Shown: in pieces, positions 1 to 9,369 of the stretch | Layout of the letters: every line of letters begins with the position of its first letter | Position numbering within the stretch: the first letter of the stretch is position 1 | IMG/VR virus record: IMGVR_UViG_3300047400_000324 | Location: 1-64,000 of that record | DNA: 64,000 nt | DNA from: a virus | Taxonomy: Duplodnaviria > Caudoviricetes | Strand: one strand, 5' to 3' | Notes under the pieces: generated by a model | Databases searched by the model: none | Told to the model about the DNA's origin: nothing | What the model saw: only the letters and a program-made list of their open reading frames with translations | Program-made: the position numbers and the translations under genes

Positions 1-61
1 AGGCATCAGGTCTGGTATCTGGTCTGGGATCTGGTCTGGGATCTGGTCGGGAATCAAGTCA

Positions 62-286
62 ATGAATAATGTTTATACACAGGTCAGGGATCAGGTCTGG
101 AATCAGGTCGTCGATCAAGTCATGGATCAGGTCGGGAATCAGGTCAGGGATCAGGTCAACGATCAGGTCAACGATCGGGTCGGGAATCAGGTCTGGGATC
201 AGGTCTGCGATCAGGTCAGGAATCAGGTCTGGGATCTGGTCTGGGATCTGGTCTGGGATCTGGTCGGGAATCAAGTCAATGAATAA
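62..286 (+). CDS. 4-residue-repeat mini-protein (X-D/N-Q-V)x16, copy 2
   Basis: ATG overlaps the stop of a partial copy ending at 69; same start/stop overlap recurs at 279-286. Confidence 0.75.
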   Translation: MNNVYTQVRDQVWNQVVDQVMDQVGNQVRDQVNDQVNDRVGNQVWDQVCDQVRNQVWDLVWDLVWDLVGNQVNE

Positions 287-449
287 TGTTTATACACAGG
301 TCAGGGATCAGGTCTGGAATCAGGTCAGGGATCAGGTCATGGATCATGTCTGGAATCAGGTCTGGGATCAGGTCATGGATCAGGTCTGGAATCAGGTCTG
401 GAATCAGGTCTGGAATCAGGTCAGGGATCAGGTCTGCGATCAGGTCTGA
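279..449 (+). CDS. 4-residue-repeat mini-protein, copy 3 (56 aa)
   Basis: N-terminus MNNVYTQVRDQVWNQV identical to copy 2; TGA falls in the variable codon of the last unit and the repeat continues in frame to TAA at 465-467. Confidence 0.75.
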   Translation: MNNVYTQVRDQVWNQVRDQVMDHVWNQVWDQVMDQVWNQVWNQVWNQVRDQVCDQV

Positions 450-459
450 GATCAAGTCT

Positions 460-657
460 ATGATTAAGCCAATGAATAGTGTTTATATACATGTTTGGGA
501 TCAGGTCAGATATCATGGTATCTGTCAGATTTATATTCATGTTAAAGAACATGTCACCAAACGAGTTGAAAACGAAATTAGCAGCAATCTTATACGTTCA
601 ATTGTTGGTGAAATAAGATTTAACATATGCGATAAATTGTGGAATGACAACAAATGA
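460..657 (+). CDS. Diverged paralog of the repeat mini-proteins
   Basis: MNSVYIHVWDQV resembles MNNVYTQVRDQV; same overlap architecture. Confidence 0.7.
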   Translation: MIKPMNSVYIHVWDQVRYHGICQIYIHVKEHVTKRVENEISSNLIRSIVGEIRFNICDKLWNDNK

Positions 658-827
658 AAAACGTTGACTATAGTATTCATGCAAACCAATTGGTATTAGC
701 TAGCCGTTTATTGAATGAGCATGTCGATTATAAAATAAAAAATAAAGTCATCTTGATTATGTTGAATGAAATGAGAATTCGTGTGTATAATCAAATATGC
801 TTAACCGTTTTGAATGAAATTCGTTAA
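654..827 (+). CDS. Small hypothetical protein (57 aa, absent from ORF track)
   Basis: ATGA overlap with previous stop; open frame MKNVDYSIHANQ...LNEIR. Confidence 0.55.
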   Translation: MKNVDYSIHANQLVLASRLLNEHVDYKIKNKVILIMLNEMRIRVYNQICLTVLNEIR

Positions 828-840
828 GGAGAATACCAAT

Positions 841-1023
841 ATGTCATACACTAATGAAATTTGGAATATAGATAAACAAATCAGAGATATAGTTTGGTAT
901 CGATTCAAAGGAACAGTAACACCCGCAATTCAAAATAAATTCAAACGAATTGCAATGGAAGATTTGGAAAATACAATTTTCCATCAAGTTTGGAATAATG
1001 TCCATGCTCATATATATGAATAA
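841..1023 (+). CDS. Small hypothetical protein, possibly distant member of the repeat family
   Basis: SD AAGGAG upstream of ATG 841; contains HQVWNNV. Confidence 0.6.
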   Translation: MSYTNEIWNIDKQIRDIVWYRFKGTVTPAIQNKFKRIAMEDLENTIFHQVWNNVHAHIYE

Positions 1024-1071
1024 ATATATGACATTGGATATATACAAGAATATACAAAGAAACCGTATAAA

Positions 1072-1290
1072 ATGTCATATACTATAAACGCAAATTTAGA
1101 TTATGAAAGAAACATATATCGAATCGATGTTCTGAATTCCAATGCAGAACAAATATTTGGAGGTATGTTCAAGAAATTTGCAGATATGATTCGGTATTTG
1201 CAACGTGAAAAAAACAGACGGAATATTGAGTCGGAACATTTCGTAATTGGAGAATATACGGATGCATTTTATAAAATGCAAAAGCATTAA
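1072..1290 (+). CDS. Hypothetical protein
   Basis: Co-oriented ORF filling the gap. Confidence 0.6.
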   Translation: MSYTINANLDYERNIYRIDVLNSNAEQIFGGMFKKFADMIRYLQREKNRRNIESEHFVIGEYTDAFYKMQKH

Positions 1291-1301
1291 GGAATAGATA
1301 A

Positions 1302-1862
1302 ATGGCAGCAAATGTTACAATTGCCATATCAAACACAATCAATATTCCAACAATTGGCGGCGATACATCTACCCTTGTGTTGCCATCGGTAAACGATGGT
1401 GGATCTTTTTCGTTTTATGCTACATTTACAAGCCAAAGCACTGACGAATCTGGCGCAACTACAAACAATGTTATAACTTCGATTACGGCAATCCAAGCAA
1501 ATACTTGGTATACAGGTGTTTCAGTAACATCCGTAAATGCAACGACGGTGTGCGTTTCTGGCGCTTATTCGAATGTATTCCATAGCAGTTACGATGTTTT
1601 GACACAACAAACAGCAAATACATATACAATTCAAAATATTCAAGGGAATTCCAATATTCCATTTCTGGGTTTGGTGGCTTGGCACGTTCCTTCAGAATTC
1701 TTCACATCCACACATTATCACGTGCAAACATTCAATTTCACAACTTATTATGCGGGTAATACAGGCTTATACGATACTACGCCGTTCGATCAATGGATAT
1801 ATTGGAACTATCCTCAAGAACAAATAAACTTCAATCGTCTGTTAGATTCAGGAAGTTTTTAG
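1302..1862 (+). CDS. Hypothetical T/S/N-rich beta protein, possibly virion-associated
   Basis: SD AAGGA; composition typical of structural proteins; abuts gp5 module. Confidence 0.6.
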   Translation: MAANVTIAISNTINIPTIGGDTSTLVLPSVNDGGSFSFYATFTSQSTDESGATTNNVITSITAIQANTWYTGVSVTSVNATTVCVSGAYSNVFHSSYDVLTQQTANTYTIQNIQGNSNIPFLGLVAWHVPSEFFTSTHYHVQTFNFTTYYAGNTGLYDTTPFDQWIYWNYPQEQINFNRLLDSGSF

Positions 1863-2755
1863 TTCAGTTTTATCACTGGTGCAGTCATCAAAATCGATGT
1901 ACCAGAAGTCATAGCTATAGGTCCTGCCGCTGCTATATTGACTGCGCCACCAGCATTTACATTTACAGCTCCGCCCGCTTGTATGTTTACAGCAGCTCCA
2001 GCTTGTATACTGATTGCTCCACCAGCTAAAACTTCAATAACGCCTGCAGGCGTTATTATAGTAATGAGCGCAGGTGAACCCACATGAGCGCGAACATTTC
2101 CCACCATTTGTGCATTCAACATAGCTGAAATACTTACATCGTCAGTAACAGAATCAATAGAAACAGTTCCGCCGGTTATATCTACCATGCCTATAGGCGT
2201 TATTATTGTTTTATCGCCTAAAATTGTTTCTGTGGAATCTCCTATAACAGTTTCATTTACATTCCCATCGACTTGCAGTGCATAATTTCCGCCAACACCT
2301 AAATGAAGATTGTCTGTGGTGAATAAATCTCCTTGAACACCGCCTAATAAAAAATTGTCATCTGTTTGCAAAGTTATTGGTCCGCCAGTAACTCCTAAAG
2401 CAAATGAGCCTGTAGAAGAAGTATTTCCTATATTCAACGCATATGCGCCAAGAATCTTTTCGTCTTTATGACCATCTATTGTTGTAGTATGACCATCGGC
2501 AAAATAGAAATTCGCTTTATCTTTTACAGTTTGATTTAAATCTCCATTGGGCCCAATTTCTATATAAGTGCCTTGTGTATGGGCAATTTTTATGCTTTCA
2601 CTGCCTGGAGTATCATTTATATGAATTTCATGACCACTGCGACTTATTGTAGATTGATTGTATGGATATTCAGCTTGGAATCGTGAATCTGGATGTCTGG
2701 TATTGAAATTTGGATCATTTGAGGTATCGATCTGCGATTGATTTGTATCTGTCAT
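1859..2755 (-). CDS. gp5: Baseplate central spike, gp5 C-terminal beta-helix part
   Basis: SRSGHEIHINDTPGSESIKIAHTQGTYIEIGPNG matches the gp5 SGH..E.DDTPG..RI...H..GT..EI motif, followed by repetitive beta-strand sequence. Confidence 0.85.
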   Translation of the reverse strand: MTDTNQSQIDTSNDPNFNTRHPDSRFQAEYPYNQSTISRSGHEIHINDTPGSESIKIAHTQGTYIEIGPNGDLNQTVKDKANFYFADGHTTTIDGHKDEKILGAYALNIGNTSSTGSFALGVTGGPITLQTDDNFLLGGVQGDLFTTDNLHLGVGGNYALQVDGNVNETVIGDSTETILGDKTIITPIGMVDITGGTVSIDSVTDDVSISAMLNAQMVGNVRAHVGSPALITIITPAGVIEVLAGGAISIQAGAAVNIQAGGAVNVNAGGAVNIAAAGPIAMTSGTSILMTAPVIKLN

Positions 2756-2770
2756 GTTGAATTATCCTAA

Positions 2771-4411
2771 TCAAACAAATGATGGACCTAAAGATGCTTT
2801 AAACATCTGTCGTTTTATCGCTAATGTAGTTTGTTCACCAGTATGCTTCATTGAAGCAATTTGTTTTGCGGTTTTTGCAATTTTCTTTAAAATAGCTAGG
2901 GGACTCGCTGTAGTGCTAACTATTAAAGCTTGCAAACTATTATAAATTTTAATAACAGTATTTATTGCATTGATTACATCTGCTATTACTGCTGCTGCTA
3001 TAGCTTCTACTGCGCCAACTGGATCTTCCATAATAGACATACCTATAGAAACCGCAGCCGCAACTTGACCAGCAACAGCAACTGCTTGTGCAGCAGATTG
3101 ATATAATTGAGTAGATGCCAATTGACCCGATGCCATAGGTACAGCTAAACTTTGTGTAAAAGAAATAGAAGCAACATCTGTGATATGTGCTTGCGTTGAA
3201 GGATAATTAGGTTGAGAACCTCTTAAAGTATATACAGTTCCACCAGAAGGATTCAAAGGATTGTAATAACCAATATAGCCAGGATATGGATCTTGATCTA
3301 TAGTATGATATTGTGGAACATAATTTCCCGGAGGCGACATAACTATATTAGTTGGCACAGCAGAAGTAGTCGTTGCAACTGCAATTGGCGTAGGTGGAGG
3401 TATAAGAGAAAATGCTGCGTCTGCAATAGCTTGTGGTATAGCCATAGTTACTCCATGAATATAACCAGTAATTGTATTCAAACCAACTATAGCTCCGGCA
3501 AGTACTTGATCTGCTTCAGAAATAGTTTCAGCAATATCGCCCAACCATTTTATACCGCAAAGATTTTGCATCAAAGCATCCATAAGCGCTTTAACGGCAG
3601 CTAAATCTTGTGCAGCCTCGTTGAGCATTTGAAGCAATTTAAATAAACCAATTTCTTGTGCCAATTTCAAAAATGCGGTTATCGCAGCTTGAACCGCAAG
3701 TTGTATAACTTTCTTCAAAGCACCTGTTATCAAAGAAGATATATCTAATAGTTTCAACAATAAAGTTGGAGAACATGGAAGCGCGGATATTTGACTATAT
3801 GGATCTACTTTATTGATAAGTTGAAATGCTGTCATCGATCCACCTGGAGAAACAGATCCAATTGTGGGAACTTTTGGAATAGTCAAAAGTTTTTCGATGT
3901 CTTTGGTTATGACAGAACCAAAATCGTTTTTTACACTGAATATGTTTTGCATGCCGGCATCTATATCGGCAATAGATACTCTTCCTGGAAATAAAGCAGA
4001 ATATGGATTGTATGGATGAGGAGTAGATGCTTGTGCAGAGCTTGGAATACTTCCCATACTTGTATCTATTTTAGGAGCACCATTTTCTGTTGCTCCAGGA
4101 ACAATATCTCCCGATTTGCCAACTGAACCAAGAACCAATGGCAATTGATGATCTGAATCCAACCAAATACCAGTAATTCGACTTCCTTTGATCAAACCAG
4201 TAGGTGCAGAACCGATTCTTCCTTGAGCTGCACTCGTTACTGGTTGTTGAACGAGAGCCCATGGCAATGAATCGTCTGGAATATTTGTAGTATCGTCATG
4301 TCTTCCAAATACTCTTATTTGAACACGACCGGATTCATGCGGGTCTTTAACGTTTACAACTATTCCAGTAAAAAAACTTAAACCACTTTGTCCGAAATTG
4401 ATATCTGTCAT
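2771..4411 (-). CDS. gp5: Baseplate hub gp5 N-terminal OB-fold part plus helical region
   Basis: FFTGIVVNVKDPHESGRVQIRVFGRH...LPWA is the gp5/VgrG OB-fold signature; no lysozyme motif recognised. Confidence 0.85.
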   Translation of the reverse strand: MTDINFGQSGLSFFTGIVVNVKDPHESGRVQIRVFGRHDDTTNIPDDSLPWALVQQPVTSAAQGRIGSAPTGLIKGSRITGIWLDSDHQLPLVLGSVGKSGDIVPGATENGAPKIDTSMGSIPSSAQASTPHPYNPYSALFPGRVSIADIDAGMQNIFSVKNDFGSVITKDIEKLLTIPKVPTIGSVSPGGSMTAFQLINKVDPYSQISALPCSPTLLLKLLDISSLITGALKKVIQLAVQAAITAFLKLAQEIGLFKLLQMLNEAAQDLAAVKALMDALMQNLCGIKWLGDIAETISEADQVLAGAIVGLNTITGYIHGVTMAIPQAIADAAFSLIPPPTPIAVATTTSAVPTNIVMSPPGNYVPQYHTIDQDPYPGYIGYYNPLNPSGGTVYTLRGSQPNYPSTQAHITDVASISFTQSLAVPMASGQLASTQLYQSAAQAVAVAGQVAAAVSIGMSIMEDPVGAVEAIAAAVIADVINAINTVIKIYNSLQALIVSTTASPLAILKKIAKTAKQIASMKHTGEQTTLAIKRQMFKASLGPSFV

Positions 4412-5640
4412 TGAACAGCCTCGCTATAACTACCTTTCAACAATTCCATGGTGCATGTATATCTAGGTGTATCTTGAAACATTCCTATTCTATGATGTAT
4501 TCTCGATACTATAAAATCTCCAGATAACAGTGGATCTATTCCGGCATCCGCAGTTCCAGTTTTATTGGGAATAGTGCAATTTATTTTTATACCTGCGGTT
4601 AAAACCGTATCGCCAACTACCTTTATTTTCATTGCGTTTTGACTTAATATAGACAAATACGCTTGTAAATTGGGAGTTGCTGTTTCTATATGTGTAGATG
4701 CTCTTTGTGAAATATCCACTGGCAATAAAGATTGAGGCGGAATCAAAGCATTGAAGAATCTACTTATAAATGAACTCGATGTATCTGTACCACTACCACC
4801 AGTTTTATAATTTGTATCCTTCGTTTGTACAGTATTGGATTGATATTCTTGAGATGTAAAATTCATTGTAGATATTTTTCTAGGACCAGCCAATGCTATT
4901 TTTTGTATAGAATTGAACTGTTTTGGTACTGTATACGATATTATATTATTGTCTATTCGCGAATAAAAATCTGTATTGATAGCACTATTTTGTATAAAAT
5001 CTTTTGTCGAAGATAAATCGAACATAGATTCTATTGTCACAAAATTGTATTGTTGTGGTCCTTGAACAGTATTTTCAAAATATACATACGATGAAGAATT
5101 GTATTTGGAAGAAACAGAACGACCTCGAACAAAATCGATTGCTTCAAATGGACTTTTATGAGGTATTACTATATTCTGTGGTCCAATAGTATCTTCTATC
5201 TGAAGTTGTTTTTTACTATGCAAATAATTAGTATGAATATCTTTGATTATTTCAGAACAAAGCATATTATAGCTTTTCTGGACATAATTCGTTTTTGCAT
5301 ACATGGGTTCATCCGATACACATTCCAATGTGTATTGTTTTCCTTTTTGTTGACCGGATGTCATAGCCAAATCTTTTAAATGCGATAATGAAAATGAATA
5401 ATTTTTGGTCAAAGAACCAAGAACATACATTGTTACAGTAACTATTTCATCGCCCGACAATTTTAAATTGCCAAGTGTATCGTCTGTATCCAATACTACA
5501 ATATCGGCTATTATTCCAGGCGTGAATATACTTTCGTATATCGACATAGATACGAAAGATTTAGATAAATCGAGTGTTCCTCTAGTAGATGAAACTGTAA
5601 GATTTGTTACAGTTACATCGCCATATTTGTATCCATCCAT
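4408..5640 (-). CDS. Baseplate hub protein (gp27-like)
   Basis: Position between gp53 and gp5; SMSIYESIFTPG and C-terminal GD..L.AG..I....P / SGDFIVSRIHH motifs. Confidence 0.65.
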   Translation of the reverse strand: MDGYKYGDVTVTNLTVSSTRGTLDLSKSFVSMSIYESIFTPGIIADIVVLDTDDTLGNLKLSGDEIVTVTMYVLGSLTKNYSFSLSHLKDLAMTSGQQKGKQYTLECVSDEPMYAKTNYVQKSYNMLCSEIIKDIHTNYLHSKKQLQIEDTIGPQNIVIPHKSPFEAIDFVRGRSVSSKYNSSSYVYFENTVQGPQQYNFVTIESMFDLSSTKDFIQNSAINTDFYSRIDNNIISYTVPKQFNSIQKIALAGPRKISTMNFTSQEYQSNTVQTKDTNYKTGGSGTDTSSSFISRFFNALIPPQSLLPVDISQRASTHIETATPNLQAYLSILSQNAMKIKVVGDTVLTAGIKINCTIPNKTGTADAGIDPLLSGDFIVSRIHHRIGMFQDTPRYTCTMELLKGSYSEAVQ

Positions 5641-5641
5641 G

Positions 5642-6514
5642 TTACAATAAATTCTTCATTTGGCTCAATAGTTGATCGGTATAAGATGTATTCAACACTT
5701 GAATACTCTTATTGCTTTCATTTTTCTCGTTTTCAAAATCGTAATAAGATACTGGAGACCAATAGTTTATTTCTATACTTGGAATTGAAGAAGATATAGA
5801 AGATGCAGCAGTAAATGAAATTGTATTTCCGCTTTCTCTTCCTATCAATTGACAAATACCTGTTATAGTTCCAACAACAATTCCATTTGTATGTTGAACC
5901 GATACTTGATTTGTACCGCTGTAAACAACTTGTGCATATCCAGTTGCATTTCCATTATAATAAACATCGACAATTTCATCTACAATGAAATTAGGATTGC
6001 TAGCTACTGTATAATTTACTATTTGATTGGTTGTCAATGTCCAATCTTCTCTAAGACGAACATAATTCAATATATTGGTAGAATAGGGATCGTTTCCATA
6101 GTTTGGAATATAAAATTTTTGAAGGTCTGAATCCAATGAAGTATATGAAGAAACAGATATAGGATCGATATTGTTATACCAATTGTTTCTATAGAATGCC
6201 GTTTTTGTCATTGCATTTTGTACAGAACCGTATTTTGTCGTCAAGAAGTTGTTGAATGTATCTTGATCCATATACCATCCATAATATGGATCCAAAGTTT
6301 TATTGCTAAAATAAAGCATCCATGCTTTATATGGATTGCTATAATATCTAGCTGCTATAGAATCTGGTCTTTCTCCCTGAGCAATATCGTATTGATAATA
6401 TAAATTTGGATTGTTGTATATTTTATTCAACAATGCAGTGCGCTCGGTTATGTTTATGCAAAGATTGTTTGCATAACTTATAACAGGAAAATTATTGAAA
6501 TATGACTCTCTCAT
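5642..6514 (-). CDS. gp53: Baseplate wedge subunit gp53 (LysM-like)
   Basis: YF..FP.I.Y start and YDIAQGERPDSIAARYY motif. Confidence 0.85.
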   Translation of the reverse strand: MRESYFNNFPVISYANNLCINITERTALLNKIYNNPNLYYQYDIAQGERPDSIAARYYSNPYKAWMLYFSNKTLDPYYGWYMDQDTFNNFLTTKYGSVQNAMTKTAFYRNNWYNNIDPISVSSYTSLDSDLQKFYIPNYGNDPYSTNILNYVRLREDWTLTTNQIVNYTVASNPNFIVDEIVDVYYNGNATGYAQVVYSGTNQVSVQHTNGIVVGTITGICQLIGRESGNTISFTAASSISSSIPSIEINYWSPVSYYDFENEKNESNKSIQVLNTSYTDQLLSQMKNLL

Positions 6515-6532
6515 TAAAAACCTATTAATTTG

Positions 6533-7453
6533 TTATCTTCTTGGTTGAGCAGTTGGTTGAGTATATGCTCCAGATGCATAGTTATATTGATTTTGATATT
6601 GCTCTCCTCTCCACAATTCTATTTCTTGAATTTGGAGATTTATTTCTACTGCGGCAGGAGCGCTGCTTCCTCTGAAAAATGCCAATTCATTTCCAGCTGC
6701 ATAATTGACTGTCATATTTTTTATGACTGCTTTTTTAAACTGAAACAAATATCCAGATTGATCAGGAGTATTTATGGATATATCTGCAACTTTTGGATAA
6801 TTATAAGCAAGACTGCCTATTGCTAATGTTGGTAATATTCCAGCATTCAAAGTTGTTATAATATTTCTTAAAGTATCGGATTCACCTTTATTTTTTGGCA
6901 TCAATTTCCAGCTGAAATTATAAGTTCTAAATTCTGGATGATCGAACAAAACAGCCATAAAAGGATTTAGAGACATACCAGATGCTATACTAATAGCTTC
7001 ATTTGTCTTTTGTGCCCCAACTTTTGAAAGAATTTCTGTTCCTAATTTTCCAATAGCATTTTTTGCTATATAAGAAAGTACGCCAACACCTATATCTCCA
7101 GCTGTGTTCAATGCCGATTGACCACTTGAATTCAAAACAGCAGCACCTAAAGCACTTCCTAATGAAACATTTTGATAATTCAATCCAGTTTGCACTTGCA
7201 ATTGTGTTGGTATTGGCAATTTTATCATATCGCTAGCAACAGCAATCGGCACCGATTGAATACTAGGTCTAGTATAATTCGACAATTTTATATTGATATA
7301 ATATGGATATGAAACTTTTGTCAATAAATCAGCAGGAAAGGAAAGAGATTGTGGTGAACCATAATCAGACCTTCTCGTGCCAAGTGTTTGTGAATTATAA
7401 AATTGATTGAGAGAATTTTGCATCGTAGCTTGTGATGAAACCGTGACTGCCAT
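6533..7453 (-). CDS. gp48: Baseplate tail-tube cap gp48
   Basis: NPFMAVLFDHPEFRTYNFSWKLMPKNKGES motif and synteny. Confidence 0.85.
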   Translation of the reverse strand: MAVTVSSQATMQNSLNQFYNSQTLGTRRSDYGSPQSLSFPADLLTKVSYPYYINIKLSNYTRPSIQSVPIAVASDMIKLPIPTQLQVQTGLNYQNVSLGSALGAAVLNSSGQSALNTAGDIGVGVLSYIAKNAIGKLGTEILSKVGAQKTNEAISIASGMSLNPFMAVLFDHPEFRTYNFSWKLMPKNKGESDTLRNIITTLNAGILPTLAIGSLAYNYPKVADISINTPDQSGYLFQFKKAVIKNMTVNYAAGNELAFFRGSSAPAAVEINLQIQEIELWRGEQYQNQYNYASGAYTQPTAQPRR

Positions 7454-7479
7454 TGCAATGCCTTTAAATAAATATAAGT

Positions 7480-7487
7480 TATTTATA
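7480..7487 (-). promoter_or_regulatory. T4-type late promoter TATAAATA for gp48-53-hub-5 operon
   Basis: Exact match upstream of ATG 7453. Confidence 0.8.
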
Positions 7488-7491
7488 GTAA

Positions 7492-7944
7492 ATGGAGAAA
7501 TATGTGAAAGGTATTTTCAAACCACGAAATCCACAAAAATATAAAGGAAATCCTACAAATATTATTTATAGAAGTTCTTGGGAATTGAAAATGATGAGTC
7601 ATTTCGATGGTCATCCTAATATAATATGGTGGCAATCGGAAGAAGTTATCGTTCCATATAGAAGTCCAATAGACAATAAAATTCACAGATATTATCCAGA
7701 TTTTCTTGTAAATTTAAAAAATAAAGAAGGAATTTTGCAAACTATAATGATAGAAGTAAAACCTAAAAATCAATCTATACCTCCTATGTTGAAAGAAGGA
7801 CAAACAACTAAAAATAAAAAATATATTCGTGAAGTTATATTGTGGGGCAAAAATGAAGCAAAATGGAAAGCCGCACAGGAATATTGCAAAGATAGAGGAT
7901 GGTCTTTTCAAGTGTTTACAGAAGAACAAATTGGTATTAAGTAA
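7492..7944 (+). CDS. gp4: Head completion protein gp4 (TnsA-like nuclease fold)
   Basis: KGIFKPRNPQKYKGNPTNIIYRSSWE and YYPDF...IEVKP. Confidence 0.93.
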   Translation: MEKYVKGIFKPRNPQKYKGNPTNIIYRSSWELKMMSHFDGHPNIIWWQSEEVIVPYRSPIDNKIHRYYPDFLVNLKNKEGILQTIMIEVKPKNQSIPPMLKEGQTTKNKKYIREVILWGKNEAKWKAAQEYCKDRGWSFQVFTEEQIGIK

Positions 7945-7945
7945 C

Positions 7946-7953
7946 TATAAATA
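7946..7953 (+). promoter_or_regulatory. T4-type late promoter
   Basis: TATAAATA just upstream of gp2 ATG. Confidence 0.75.
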
Positions 7954-7958
7954 AAGAC

Positions 7959-8564
7959 ATGACATCATACGTTTTTACCGATTTATTGAACAAAGCACAA
8001 AAATCTGGAATAGATAACACTATCCGGCAAAGAGATACTCGTACCTTTTTTAGAACAGCTGCACAAAAAATTACAAGTGTCAATCGTCAACGAATGATGG
8101 GAGATCAAGAAAATTTAAGACCTGTTATTATGGCTAAAGATATTGGAAAAATGTTTATGTTTTTCTATGATCCTAAGCATAAATCTACATTGCCATATTA
8201 CGATATATTTCCTTTGATATTTCCAATCGAAATTTATAAAGATGGATTTTTAGGTATAAATCTTCATTATCTTCCACCACCGCTTCGTGCTAGACTTATG
8301 GATGCTTTATATTCTACTGTAACAGATAGAAAATACGATGAAAACACTGCTCTCAATATATCGTATTCTATTCTATCTGGCGCATCTAAATATAAATATT
8401 TCAAACCATGTATCAAAAGATATTTGGCAAGTCATGTTCAATCGCAATATTTGAATGTAGAGCCTAGATTATGGGATGCCGCACTTTTTCTTCCTACAGC
8501 AAGTTTCAAGAAAGCAAACGATTCTGCTGTTTGGATGGATTCCAGAGAAATTATAGGGAGATAA
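7959..8564 (+). CDS. gp2: DNA end protector gp2
   Basis: FFYDPKHK..LPYYD.FPLIF and GINLHYLPP.LRA.L. Confidence 0.93.
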   Translation: MTSYVFTDLLNKAQKSGIDNTIRQRDTRTFFRTAAQKITSVNRQRMMGDQENLRPVIMAKDIGKMFMFFYDPKHKSTLPYYDIFPLIFPIEIYKDGFLGINLHYLPPPLRARLMDALYSTVTDRKYDENTALNISYSILSGASKYKYFKPCIKRYLASHVQSQYLNVEPRLWDAALFLPTASFKKANDSAVWMDSREIIGR

Positions 8565-8567
8565 TCG

Positions 8568-9320
8568 TTGCCTTCCAATACATTTAATATAAATTCGTTT
8601 TTATCTGAAATAGGTAAAAATGGTGTATTGCAAACAAACAAATTTGCAATCGATATAGGGGATGGTGCTGCTGGTAGTATATCCGATATGATATCGTTGC
8701 GTGCGGAATCTGTGAATTTGCCAGGTATATCTCTCGATGCTCCGTCTACTAGAAGATATGGTATATCACCAGTGCAAAAAATGCCAATGAATATTGGTGC
8801 TTTTCCAGATGTAACTATATCTTTCATAGACGATAAACAAACATCTATTTGGAAAGCTATGTACAATTGGATGAATACGATATACCAATTTACAGGCCCA
8901 GACAATAAACCTATGTATGCTTTAGAGTATAAAGACAATTATACAAAAGACATATTAATACATGTATATGACAACGCGGGTGAAGAAAGAACAACAATAA
9001 GATTGAAAGAAGCATTTCCAATGTCATTGGCCGATGTCAGTTTAAGTTGGTCCCAAAATGACAATTTATGGAAAACAAATGTTTCTTTTGCTTATACTGA
9101 ATGGCAAGAAGAGGGAGTTGCTGCTAATATAACCAATAATATAACAATTCAAGCCAATCCATTTTCATCTGGAAATAATAATGTTCAACCAATGGTTGAA
9201 GCAGTGAAAGATGAGATTGTAAAATTGGCTGACGCGTTTGCCGAAAGGGCAACAGCGGCAAGAAATTCGGCAGTAAACGCTATAGGCAATATCCCGCCAG
9301 GAGTAACATCAGGCGGTTAG
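8568..9320 (+). CDS. gp54: Baseplate tail-tube initiator gp54 (TTG start)
   Basis: Tube-like fold motifs AESVNLPG and LKEAFP; synteny. Confidence 0.75.
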   Translation: MPSNTFNINSFLSEIGKNGVLQTNKFAIDIGDGAAGSISDMISLRAESVNLPGISLDAPSTRRYGISPVQKMPMNIGAFPDVTISFIDDKQTSIWKAMYNWMNTIYQFTGPDNKPMYALEYKDNYTKDILIHVYDNAGEERTTIRLKEAFPMSLADVSLSWSQNDNLWKTNVSFAYTEWQEEGVAANITNNITIQANPFSSGNNNVQPMVEAVKDEIVKLADAFAERATAARNSAVNAIGNIPPGVTSGG

Positions 9321-9369
9321 TCCAAGTAAATTATAATCTAAAATCTATTTTTTGAAGGAATAATATAAA

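Larger units (their letters stand above)
1..467 (+). repeat. Degenerate 12-bp tandem repeat (NNN-RAT-CAG-GTC) in at least three consecutive mini-gene copies; runs off the left edge of the window
   Basis: Units such as TGGAATCAGGTC, AGGGATCAGGTC, ATGGATCAGGTC read directly; the junction AATCAAGTCAATGAATAATGTTTATACACAGGTC recurs with 217-bp spacing (ATG at 62 and 279). Confidence 0.97.

Noticed and set aside
59-449. Alternative-frame ORFs (IPDQ and IRSG repeats)
   Set aside because: Side effect of a stop-free repeat; only the DQV frame has recurring start/stop overlaps and diverged paralogs
447-449. TGA-to-Trp recoding
   Set aside because: Many core genes end in TGA and no in-frame TGA interrupts conserved genes
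1-467. CRISPR array
   Set aside because: Contiguous 12-bp units with no unique spacers; reads as coding repeat
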